NCBI GenBank assembly: GCA_039714155.1
Contig: JBDLJX010000004.1
Location: 1-62,360, forward strand
Direction: 5' to 3'
Length of the DNA: 62,360 nucleotides
Source of the DNA: Pseudomonadota bacterium
GTDB lineage: Bacteria > Pseudomonadota > Gammaproteobacteria > UBA9214
The notes under the pieces are model-generated. The model had not been told where the DNA came from, ran no database searches, and was given only the letters and a program-made list of their open reading frames with translations. The translations under genes were made by a program, and so were the position numbers. Below, piece after piece: positions 38,247-47,549 of the stretch. Every line of letters begins with the position of its first letter. The first letter of the stretch is position 1.

Positions 38247-39011
38247 GTGAGTGCTGAGTCCGCTGCGGCGCCGGAGTTCGGACAGTCGCTCATCTATCTC
38301 CTGCATGATGTGGTCAAGACCCGTCAGGCCGAGGGCGTTGCCTTCCGTCTCCGGGTGCCAAATCTGCGCATTGACAGGGGCGAGAAGATCGCGTTGATCG
38401 GCGAGTCGGGCTGCGGCAAGTCGACCCTGCTGGATATGCTGGCCTTCATCCTGCAGCCTTCATCCGCCGGTGCCTTCCGCTTCCGCCCTAATGGCGATGG
38501 GGAACCGGTGGACGTGAACGCTTACTGGAAGCGCGACAAGATCAACAAGCTGGGCGATATGCGCAAGCGACATATCGGTTACGTGATGCAGACTGGCGGC
38601 CTACTACCCTACCTGACGGTGCGCGACAACATGAATCTCTGCCGCAGTGTGCTCGGCATGAAGCGGGACGGGACGGTCGAGCACCTGGCCGAGGAACTCG
38701 GTATTGCCAGCCACTTGGGCAAGTTACCGGATGCCCTGTCCACGGGCGAGCGCCAGCGGGTAGCCATCGGCCGGGCGCTTGCCCACCGCCCCGCCATCGT
38801 GATTGCGGACGAGCCCACTGCCGCGCTTGATCCGTATGCGGCGCAGAAGGCCATGTCCCTGTTTATCAGGCTGGCGGAAGAATCCAACAGCACGGTGATC
38901 CTGGCCAGCCACGCCTGGCGCCACATCAAGGAGCTCGGCTTGCGGCGGCTGTCCCACAGAACCAGACGTTCCAAGGACCGCAAACTGACCGAGACCGTGG
39001 TGCGAGGTTGA
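38247..39011 (+). CDS. ABC ATP-binding protein (TagT/LolD-like)
   Basis: GESGCGKST; GYVMQTGGLLPYL; LSTGERQR; ADEPTAALD; start uncertain. Confidence 0.88.
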   Translation: MSAESAAAPEFGQSLIYLLHDVVKTRQAEGVAFRLRVPNLRIDRGEKIALIGESGCGKSTLLDMLAFILQPSSAGAFRFRPNGDGEPVDVNAYWKRDKINKLGDMRKRHIGYVMQTGGLLPYLTVRDNMNLCRSVLGMKRDGTVEHLAEELGIASHLGKLPDALSTGERQRVAIGRALAHRPAIVIADEPTAALDPYAAQKAMSLFIRLAEESNSTVILASHAWRHIKELGLRRLSHRTRRSKDRKLTETVVRG

Positions 39012-40225
39012 GCATGGTCGCCGCATTGCGCAAGGTCTTTGGCCTGGCAAGTCGCGATTATGTCCACGAGTGGCAGATGTCGGGTTGTTTCGTGCTCGCG
39101 CTGGCGGCGGTGCTCGGACCCATGATGGTGCTGTTCGGACTCAAGTTCGGCATCGTCGGCGCCATGATGGAACAGCTGATCGAGGATCCCCGCAACCGCG
39201 AGATTGTCCCCGTCGGCAGTGGCCGTTACGACGGTGCCTGGTTGGAGGGCGTACGCGCGCAGCCGGAGGTGGCCTTCCTGGTGCCGCGTACCCGCAGTAT
39301 CGCCGCGACCATCGAGCTTGGCAGTCAGCGCTCGTCACGCATCGTGCCAGTGGAACTCATTGCCTCGGATCACGGCGACCCGCTGCTCTCACCGCATGAT
39401 GCACTTCCGGAAGGTCTCACCCGGGTGGTGCTATCACGGAGTAGCGCTGAAAAACTGGATGTCGGGCCCGGAGACACACTGGACGGCAGCCTTGCCCGGC
39501 GCTTTCGTGGCCGCCAGGAACGGGTGCACCTGCCCCTGACCGTTGCGGCGCTCGCCCCGGAGCGGGCGTTCTCGCGTGACGGCGCCTTTGTCTCGGTGCA
39601 GTTGCTCGAGGCGCTGGAGAATTTTCGCGACGGGCGCGCGGTGCCCGAGCTCGCCTGGGACGGGGTGCCGCCGGATGCTGAGCGTACCTACCCGGGATTC
39701 CGGCTGTATGCGCATTCGATCTATGACGTGGCGGGTCTGCGCGATGCGTTCGCCGGGCTCGGTATCGATGTGCGCACCCGGGTTGCCGAGATCGAGCTGG
39801 TACGGCGCATGAACCGCAATCTCACCGCTATCTACTGGGCGATTGCCGTAATTGGCATGGTGGGATTCTCGCTCTCGCTGGGGGCGAGCCTGTGGGCCAA
39901 TGTCGATCGCAAACGTAAACAGTTGTCGGTGTTGCGCCTGGTGGGATTCCGCACCATGGACATCGTCTGGTTTCCAATGGTGCAAGCGCTGTTCACCGCC
40001 ATCCTGGGCTGGGCACTGGCCGTATCCATCTACTATGTGACTGCCTGGATGATCAATGACATGATGGCCGCGCAGGTGGAGGCGGGACAACAGGTGTGCC
40101 GGTTGTTGCCGTTGCACTATGCTATCGCCCTGGCACTGACCTGCGGCGCCGCCGTGGTTGCTGCGGGTCTGGCGGGACTGCGCTCGGCGCGTATCGAGCC
40201 GTCCGAAGGCTTGCGCGAGCTGTGA
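39008..40225 (+). CDS. FtsX-like ABC permease (TagS-like)
   Basis: LALAAVLGPMMVLFGLKFG; FRLYA; NVDRKRKQLSVLRLVG; IEPSEGLRE. Confidence 0.85.
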   Translation: MSMVAALRKVFGLASRDYVHEWQMSGCFVLALAAVLGPMMVLFGLKFGIVGAMMEQLIEDPRNREIVPVGSGRYDGAWLEGVRAQPEVAFLVPRTRSIAATIELGSQRSSRIVPVELIASDHGDPLLSPHDALPEGLTRVVLSRSSAEKLDVGPGDTLDGSLARRFRGRQERVHLPLTVAALAPERAFSRDGAFVSVQLLEALENFRDGRAVPELAWDGVPPDAERTYPGFRLYAHSIYDVAGLRDAFAGLGIDVRTRVAEIELVRRMNRNLTAIYWAIAVIGMVGFSLSLGASLWANVDRKRKQLSVLRLVGFRTMDIVWFPMVQALFTAILGWALAVSIYYVTAWMINDMMAAQVEAGQQVCRLLPLHYAIALALTCGAAVVAAGLAGLRSARIEPSEGLREL

Positions 40226-40262
40226 CCGGCCCGGCAGCAACGGCGGCCGTCGCGTTGTTGCC

Positions 40263-40589
40263 TGTGGGTGGCGAATTCGTAAACTATCGCTTTAATACGG
40301 ACACTTAACCAGTCTTGTTCCCGACGGCAACCTTCCCTACTCTACCCTGTCATGAAGGACCTGCTGGTGTTACTCGCCCATCTTTTGACAACACTCGCCA
40401 AACTCCTGGGACCCGGAGGTGCGAGGACCATCGTCGCCCCCATAACTCACTCGGTGGTGACACGCCGGCTGAAATTTCCGGAGATGCTCTCAATTTGCAG
40501 ACAACGTTGAAAAACTTCCGTTGGCGAACTCACTGCCGAGGGCTCTATCAGCTTCCCGCCACAGCTTAACTATCAATTCGCCAGGCACA
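40263..40589 (+). mobile_element. Internally deleted copy of the rve-integrase IS (family 1)
   Basis: TIRs TGTGGGTGGCGAATT / AATTCGCCAGGCACA; retains the MKDLLVLLAHLL start fused to the C-terminal ...HCRGLYQLP. Confidence 0.8.
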
Positions 40590-40620
40590 GCCAACGCATT
40601 CACGAAGGCCACCGCAAAAC

Positions 40621-41154
40621 TCATTTAGCAAGAATCAGTTTTAACTGGTAGGGTTTTGTGTAGACATTCGTGTCTACAATCGGGATTGCCGGGTAAACAT
40701 CAATAGGGGGGGGAGTAGTAAAATAATCACAATTGGTTTTTCCATCAAGCTCTTCCCACACCGATACTATAGTGACTGTTTGCGGGACATCACTATCCGT
40801 TGTATAAAATATACCGTCGCGTAACGCTTCCAGGGGTACAAAACTATTTCTAACTTGTGGCTTTCCAACATAAGCATTGCCGGTGCAGCCAAGTCCATCA
40901 TAATATAAATAAAAACCATAAAACCACTCGTCCTCTAACTGTGCATAGTAGTGCTTCTCATTAACTTCAAAGTAAACTTTGGCGATCTCTGCGCTCACAT
41001 TGGCTTGCGTATCACCTATCATCGTCCCGTTAGCATCAACAAGGACTACATGCCCAGGTTGCGGTGTTTGCCTTGCACCGTCCAGCTTCTTTGCGAATGA
41101 TGTGCCGGGAAGAAGTGCAATTGATAACAAGGCCAGTAATAATTTGTTCTTCAC
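40621..41154 (-). CDS. Hypothetical exported protein
   Basis: Signal peptide; GTG start after GGAG; lower GC than flanks. Confidence 0.65.
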   Translation of the reverse strand: MKNKLLLALLSIALLPGTSFAKKLDGARQTPQPGHVVLVDANGTMIGDTQANVSAEIAKVYFEVNEKHYYAQLEDEWFYGFYLYYDGLGCTGNAYVGKPQVRNSFVPLEALRDGIFYTTDSDVPQTVTIVSVWEELDGKTNCDYFTTPPPIDVYPAIPIVDTNVYTKPYQLKLILAK

Positions 41155-41364
41155 AAATCACTCCCTAAGTTAATAGAAAGTCCTGTACGGGGGGGTCTAC
41201 AGAGCGCCAGTCATTTGCCACCAGTTTCTTATCCCCAAACGGCAAAGGCCATCCCGAAGGTTGGTCAGTGCGTGTCCTTGCTTCCCGGTACGGGGTGCGG
41301 CGGACAGAGACAGTAGTGCTTAATCCGGGGCAGGTGTCTGCAGAATGATTGATTATCATGCAAG

Positions 41365-41835
41365 CTATGGATGCTTCTCAATCCACTCCCTGGCGAGCGT
41401 TTGCGCCGCAGCGACTTGGGCGGGGGTCATTTCCCGGGCCACAAAATCACGATAACTGATTGGTACAGTCTCACCGGCCACGCCAGCGATGTTGTACCAC
41501 ATATGCGCCTGTACATAGTCCTGCGGGACACCGTAGCCATTGTCGTACATGAGACCGAGGTTGTATTGCGCACGGGCATTACCCTGATCAGCCGCCCTGC
41601 GATACCACTTTATCGCCTCCTCGTAGTCCTGCAAAACACCGTAGCCATTGACGTACATGAAGCCCAGGTTAAGTTGCGCCACAGCATTGCCCTGTTCGGC
41701 CAGCGGCCGCCACTCCTGCAGTGCAGCGTCATAATCGCCCCGATTATAGGCCGCATCCCCCCCGTTAATCCCGCCCGACGCCAGCCCGTGCACTGCCAGC
41801 AAGAGCGGCAAAACCATTATCCTGACTATATTCAT
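41365..41835 (-). CDS. Sel1 repeat protein
   Basis: AEQGNAVAQLNLGFMY..G.GV.QDY repeats; signal peptide. Confidence 0.9.
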   Translation of the reverse strand: MNIVRIMVLPLLLAVHGLASGGINGGDAAYNRGDYDAALQEWRPLAEQGNAVAQLNLGFMYVNGYGVLQDYEEAIKWYRRAADQGNARAQYNLGLMYDNGYGVPQDYVQAHMWYNIAGVAGETVPISYRDFVAREMTPAQVAAAQTLAREWIEKHP

Positions 41836-41942
41836 ACGTATCCCCCTGAAAATATGGTGTCGAGTCTGACCCCATTGAATCAGCCTGCATCGGTTGTGTT
41901 AGCACAGGCCAGCCACCAGCAGCGGTTCCCTCGCATGAGCGA

Positions 41943-42209
41943 CTATATCGGACCGACCAATCTGGCTTCCAGATTCAATGAGTTGAAGCTTTTCAATACA
42001 TCCTGCGACGAGAAAATATCCTTGTCATATTTCGCCAGCACAAGATGGTTACGCGATGGACAAAATTCTGCCCCTATGATTTCATCCGTTTTTTCCAGTG
42101 CGGACACCACGAGATTTCGTTGTTCATCCCCAAGGTCTTTTCTTATATATACAACAATTTCAACAGCACACTTTTCCTCATTAGGTAAATGTTGTGCTAC
42201 CTGATTCAT
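41943..42209 (-). CDS. Small hypothetical protein, HMA/ferredoxin-fold-like
   Basis: 88 aa; EIVVYI...HLVLAKYD...EARLVG pattern; GGGGG RBS. Confidence 0.55.
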   Translation of the reverse strand: MNQVAQHLPNEEKCAVEIVVYIRKDLGDEQRNLVVSALEKTDEIIGAEFCPSRNHLVLAKYDKDIFSSQDVLKSFNSLNLEARLVGPI

Positions 42210-43104
42210 AGAACCCCCCCCGTGTGAATGTATTAGCCCCATCTGCCCCCAGATGACACCTAACAGTCAATATTTTGTCATTGACTGACAGCAAAAACGT
42301 ACGCTCAAAAGATATATATCACAATATGTGGGAATTCAAAAGGTATGTATAGCAATATGTAGTAATACTTACTCATATGGGATTAGAGCTGGTTTCGTAA
42401 AAGTCTCAAAGGGGGGCTCCGGTCCTTTAGTATTTTCTTATACACATATCAGAGAAGTCTTACAGACACCTACCTGTGCCTCGCGAATTATTGATATTGC
42501 ACGAATCAGACGCTCGGCCAGTCTTGCTCCTGATGGTGATCTCCTTCGATCTATGCTGCCATGAAGGCCAGACTTCCGGGGCCTGGCGGTGCAAAGGCCA
42601 TAGTCACTGAGCACCTCATTGTGAAGTAACAGCACCTGGAAGTTATTAGCGTTGCAATAACCTTCCTTTTTAACAAATGCTCGCAGAACCGTATGTGAAC
42701 GTCTCCGCTCATACGGCTCCCATCATTCAGCCGGGATGTTAGAGTTATGACACCTCACTAACCTACTTTCTTGTTCGGTGCCTCGTGGCACACATACTGT
42801 AAGCGGTCATTCAATGACAGCTATTAATCCATAGCGACCCGGATCAAAAACACGAGTGGGGGAAACAGGCCGTAGTAGCGGGTCAGGTTCATCCGGGTAC
42901 GCGATTGCTGATCGCGGATGAAATCCGCGCCTTCGGTCGCCCCGGCTGTTTGCACACATCGTACAAACACAGCCCGCAGAATGGGTAAGGGAGCGTAGCG
43001 ACGTACCCACCAAAAGAGCTATAACTACGATATAGTCGCTGACATGTTCGCCTGTTACTCCATATAATATGCAAAAATCCCGTCAGCCTCCTGGTCGTTG
43101 TGCC

Positions 43105-44721
43105 ATGCCACAGAAACGCTTTATCCGAGCACCCGATTATCTGATCTATGTGCTGATCATCCTGCTGATGATTGGTGCCTTGTTGTCCTGGCAGGCCTGG
43201 AGTCACACAGAAAACTTCGAACACTTCCACCAGCAACTGGCTATCACATCGGTCAAGGGCGCTGCAGACGAACTCGAGGTCCTGTTCAGTGAATTGCAAC
43301 GCTCAATGCGACTGTTTGCCGACGACAAGCAAGCGCTATTCGGGAAGATCGCAACTGCACAAGAGGATAATGTCTTGTGGGAGCAACTCGAGGTTGCAGT
43401 CCAGAAGCATTTCCCGGAATTCTTCGGCATGACACTCACAGACACCACGGGCAATGTCCTGCGACCGGATTTTGACAACCGGGTCGTTGAAATCTGCCAG
43501 CAGGACATCTATACGTTCATCGAGCTGGAATACCGGCAACAGGGTTATATCCACCCGAACCCGCTGGGTTATCATTTCGACATCATGGTCCCCTGGGGTG
43601 GACTGGAAGCGCCGAGCGGTGTTTTCTTCCTGAGTTTTCGTCCCGCCATGCTGGCGCGCATCCTCCAGCGGTTGCAGTCACCCGGGCATGAGCTCCTGCT
43701 GCTGCAAAAAAACACGCCGGGGCTTATCGAGATTACCGGGCAGGGCTCGCGCGATACCCTGCAACGGGAGTTCTTCCTTGATGCCGACGAGCTGGAGCGC
43801 ATCGCCTATTCCTTCCCCGTAGCCGACAGCCGCTGGGATCTCATCGACCTGCCGGCAGATGGCCTTTTTTACCGGGAAGCTGCCCGTAACTGGGCATACG
43901 CCGCCATCCTGTTCAGCGTGTTTGTCAGCGTCACTCTGCTAATGCTGCACCAGCTCCGCCGCAAGGAGAGGCACCGCATTCAGGCGGAAGAACAGGCACT
44001 CCGGCACCAGAGTGACCTCGCACATGTCGACCGGCTAAATATCCTGGGTGAGATGGCCTCGGGTATCGCCCATGAACTAAATCAGCCACTGTCTGCCATA
44101 TCCACCTATTGCCAGTCAGGACTGCGGATCATCGATACTTTCGCAGAAAGGCCTGAGAAGCTCGTTCATATCCTCAAAGAGTCCTCGCAGCAGGCAAAAC
44201 GCGCCGGCAATATAATCCACCGCATGAGGCAGTTCGCTGCCAAGGGAAAGGTTCAGCGTGCAGCAATGGATCTCAACCGGATGATCGGGGATGCAACAAG
44301 TTTTATCGAGCCCGAACTGGATAAACAGAGGATTACACTGCGACTTGACCTGGCACGTGATTTGCCGTCCGTCATAGCAGACAGCATCCAAATCGAACAG
44401 GTGATCCTGAATCTGATGCATAACGCCATCGAGGCCATGAACGAAGAGGGCATTGGGGCAGGCGAACTGGTGGTTTCCAGCAGGCATGCGGAAGAAGGCC
44501 AACTCGAGGTTATGGTTCGCGACACCGGGCCCGGGCTGGATCCCGGTACGGTTGACAGGCTGTTTGATACCTTCTTTTCAACGAAAGAAGACGGAATGGG
44601 ACTCGGACTGGCAATCAGCCGGTCCATTGTCGAAGCCCACGGTGGGCAGCTGTGGGCGGATTCAGAACCGGGCGCAGGTGCAACCTTTTACTTCAGTCTT
44701 CCGGTGACCGGGATACGATGA
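43105..44721 (+). CDS. Sensor histidine kinase, FixL/TtrS-like transmitter with a periplasmic domain
   Basis: GEMASGIAHELNQPL; IEQVILNLMHNA; DTGPG; FFSTKEDGMGLGL. Confidence 0.92.
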   Translation: MPQKRFIRAPDYLIYVLIILLMIGALLSWQAWSHTENFEHFHQQLAITSVKGAADELEVLFSELQRSMRLFADDKQALFGKIATAQEDNVLWEQLEVAVQKHFPEFFGMTLTDTTGNVLRPDFDNRVVEICQQDIYTFIELEYRQQGYIHPNPLGYHFDIMVPWGGLEAPSGVFFLSFRPAMLARILQRLQSPGHELLLLQKNTPGLIEITGQGSRDTLQREFFLDADELERIAYSFPVADSRWDLIDLPADGLFYREAARNWAYAAILFSVFVSVTLLMLHQLRRKERHRIQAEEQALRHQSDLAHVDRLNILGEMASGIAHELNQPLSAISTYCQSGLRIIDTFAERPEKLVHILKESSQQAKRAGNIIHRMRQFAAKGKVQRAAMDLNRMIGDATSFIEPELDKQRITLRLDLARDLPSVIADSIQIEQVILNLMHNAIEAMNEEGIGAGELVVSSRHAEEGQLEVMVRDTGPGLDPGTVDRLFDTFFSTKEDGMGLGLAISRSIVEAHGGQLWADSEPGAGATFYFSLPVTGIR

Positions 44722-44722
44722 A

Positions 44723-45346
44723 GTGATGGCAATGGAACCCACGGTTTTCCTGGTAGATGACGATCAAGCCGTTCGTGACGCGCTCGAGTTGCTGTTGGAA
44801 ACGGCACAGCTCAGAACTGAATCCTTCGATACGGCAGAAGCCTTTCTTGACGCCTGTGATCCGGACCGGCCGGGTTGTCTGGTGCTGGATATTCGCATGC
44901 CCGGGATGAGCGGTATAAAACTGCAGGGAGCACTTGTGGCAAGGGGCATTATCACCCCTGTCATCTTTCTGACAGGGCATGGCAATGTTTCCATGTCCGC
45001 ACAGGCATTCCGCAGTGGTGCAGTCGACTTCATGGAGAAACCATTCGAAGAAGGTATGCTGCTTGAAAGAATTCATGAGGCAATCCGGCTTGACCAGTCA
45101 AACCGGGAAGCCCTGGCCAAACAGGCGAATGCAAATGCCCTACTGGCATCCCTGACGCCAAGGGAACGAGAAGTCATGGGGCTGGTTGTCGCCGGCAAGG
45201 CAAATAAGGAGATCGCCAAGGAACTGGATTTGAGCCATCGAACCGTAGAAACGCACCGCAGGTGGATAATGACAAAAACCGGCGCTCGTTCACTGGCTGA
45301 CCTGATTGAGCTTACCCGAGCAAGCAGAGGCTCCGAACCGAATTGA
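44723..45346 (+). CDS. FixJ/TtrR family response regulator
   Basis: LDIRMPGMSG; FLTGHG; LTPREREV...NKEIA...TVETHR. Confidence 0.93.
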   Translation: MMAMEPTVFLVDDDQAVRDALELLLETAQLRTESFDTAEAFLDACDPDRPGCLVLDIRMPGMSGIKLQGALVARGIITPVIFLTGHGNVSMSAQAFRSGAVDFMEKPFEEGMLLERIHEAIRLDQSNREALAKQANANALLASLTPREREVMGLVVAGKANKEIAKELDLSHRTVETHRRWIMTKTGARSLADLIELTRASRGSEPN

Positions 45347-45357
45347 CACCACACTAT

Positions 45358-45382
45358 GGGTAATTACACGTAAGTAATACCC
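45358..45382. promoter_or_regulatory. Imperfect inverted repeat, candidate FixJ/NarL-family site
   Basis: GGGTAATTAC ACGTAA GTAATACCC between the regulator and the next ORF. Confidence 0.4.
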
Positions 45383-45415
45383 CGCATTTCCCTCGCCCCG
45401 ACAATCACCTAGTCT

Positions 45416-45796
45416 GTGGGCATGGAACAATCAATCAGCGTCCCATTACTCCCGTTAGAAACCCCGGCAACCCATCCTCAAAAGACCCCGGACCCGGCGG
45501 GACTCGGTGACTCGCGAATCCTGGTCGGAACAGATATCAGGATATACCAGGGCGGGCTGCTGATAGCCCGTTGCAGGGCGCGTGGTATTGCTCCAGCCAG
45601 ACTCTTTGCCAGAACCGACCCTCTCCCCTATCCGGTAAATACCCAGCTGGAAATCGAGTTCGTTTCAGACGGAAACAGGGTGACCAGTATATCCCGGCTA
45701 CCTGCCACCGTTATGCACCGCTCCACCAGCGGGATTGAACTCAGGGTCAGTCCCGGCCTTGCAAGTGCTACACGCACCGGAGATGACGCCTGGTGA
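45416..45796 (+). CDS. PilZ-like barrel hypothetical protein, possibly degenerate
   Basis: CRARGIAPARLFA...LEIEF...LPATVMHRSTSGIEL resembles the PilZ barrel; c-di-GMP motifs not intact. Confidence 0.45.
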   Translation: MGMEQSISVPLLPLETPATHPQKTPDPAGLGDSRILVGTDIRIYQGGLLIARCRARGIAPARLFARTDPLPYPVNTQLEIEFVSDGNRVTSISRLPATVMHRSTSGIELRVSPGLASATRTGDDAW

Positions 45797-46300
45797 AACA
45801 CTCTCCATCCACCCTTCACGAAGCTGATGATCGACCGGGGCACGTAATTATACGTGCGTAGTATCCCGCTATATACATATAGCATTTGGTCACGTATAAA
45901 ATGTTGTGTGCACTAATGGCATTCTTACCTTCCCCTATATGCTCCCAAAGAAATAGAGGCAGGTGAGTGCTGTAGAGCACCAACCGATTAGGAATAAATG
46001 CAACATTTGATGGTTGATCCTTTACGGCTAGAATAATAATTGGCAACAAGAGGTAGGCGTCATGACTCAAAAAACTTCCAGATTCGGCATGGGTTTGCTG
46101 ATGGTTCTATCCGCTGCACTTTCCCTGGCTTTGATATTCTTTCTCGAAATGACTGCATAAGTTGCCAGGAATAGACCTTCTTTGAAGGTGTTGCAGGCAA
46201 CCCAATTGGTTCGTCAGTCGTAATTCCTTCAGGCTTGGAAGCAGTTATAGGTTCAGCTCTTGGGGACGTTACCTTTGCTACAGCTCAGTCGGTACCTGTC

Positions 46301-47495
46301 TGTGCTGTGGCGAATTCGTAATTGTGACCTGAAAACGCTAACTTAGACAGTCTTGTTCCTGAAAGCAATCGCCCCTACCCTGCTCTGCCATGAAGGATCT
46401 GCTGGTACTCCTCGCCCATCTATTAACCACGATCGCCAAGCTCCTGGGACCCGGTGGCGCGAGGGCCATCGTCGCTGACAGTCTCATATTGAAGCAACAA
46501 CTCCTGGTCATCAATCGCTCTCGGCGACGCGCGCCCAATCTCTCGGCACTTGATCGATTCCTATTCGGCTTCTGGTCGCTATTTCAACCCACGCCACATT
46601 AAGCGGGCTGCCGTGATTATTCGGCCTTCTACGCTATTGAAATTTCACGACCTGCTCAAGAAACGAAAGTACCGACTGCTGTATTCATCTGGCAGTAAAG
46701 GAAAACCCGGTCCCAAGGGACCATCGCGGGAACTCATCCAGGCCATCGTTGAACTGGAACGACGCAATCCACGGTTCGGATGCCCACGGATCGCACAGCA
46801 GATCAACAAAACGTTCGGAATCGACATCGATAAAGATGTGGTGCGGCGTGTCCTCGCCGCACATTACCGACCTGGTTCCGGTGACGATGGGCCCTCATGG
46901 CTAACATTCCTCGGGCACACAAAGGACAGCCTCTGGAGTATTGATCTGTTTCGGCGTGAATCCATTCTGTTGAAGAGCCACCGGGTGCTCGTCATCATGG
47001 ATCAGTTCACTCGGCGCGTTATCGGCTTTGGCGTCCACTCTGGAGATGTTGATGGTGTCGCCTTGTGTCGAATGTTCAACAAGGCTCTCACATATCAGGG
47101 TATTCCACACTATCTCAGCTCTGACAATGACCCACTATTCCAATATCACCGATGGCAGGCAAATCTTCGCATCCTGGATATCAAAGAGATTAAGTCCGTT
47201 CCCTGCATACCGTTATCGCATCCGTTCATCGAACGACTGATCGGGACTATTCGCCGCGAATACCTTAACCATGCACTCTTCTGGAACGCCCGCGACCTGG
47301 AGAGAAAACTGGAAGAATTTCGACAGTATTACAACGCTTATCGTGTGCACACTTCGCTCAACGGCGATACACCCTCAGAAATCACCGGCGAAACCATCAT
47401 CCACCTTGCTGACCTCAACCAATTCCGATGGAAATCTTATTGCCACGGACTATACCACTTACCCGTAGCGGCCTAAGCATCAATTCGCCACACAC
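46301..47495 (+). mobile_element. Near full-length IS (family 1) with an rve integrase-core transposase
   Basis: TIRs TGTGCTGTGGCGAATT / AATTCGCCACACAC; about 1.2 kb. Confidence 0.85.
46390..47476 (+). pseudogene. Frameshifted integrase-core transposase
   Basis: ORF 46390-46602 continues in another frame (NPRHIKRAA...) near 46585; DDE-like WSIDLF, SSDND, FIERLIGTIRRE, YYN. Confidence 0.8.
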
Positions 47496-47549
47496 TAAAA
47501 GAGGTTACCCATTAGCCAGACTCGGGGATCGCCACTTCCTGGTCATACC

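Noticed and set aside
35637-40225. Type VI secretion locus or Ser/Thr kinase PpkA
   Set aside because: No kinase motifs and no tss, hcp or vgrG genes in the window
42300-43060. Possible genes or ncRNA in a long intergenic stretch
   Set aside because: Only short motif-less ORFs and no structure I can recognise
46560-46610. Programmed ribosomal frameshift in the IS
   Set aside because: No A-run slippery motif at the junction; looks like a small deletion or an assembly error
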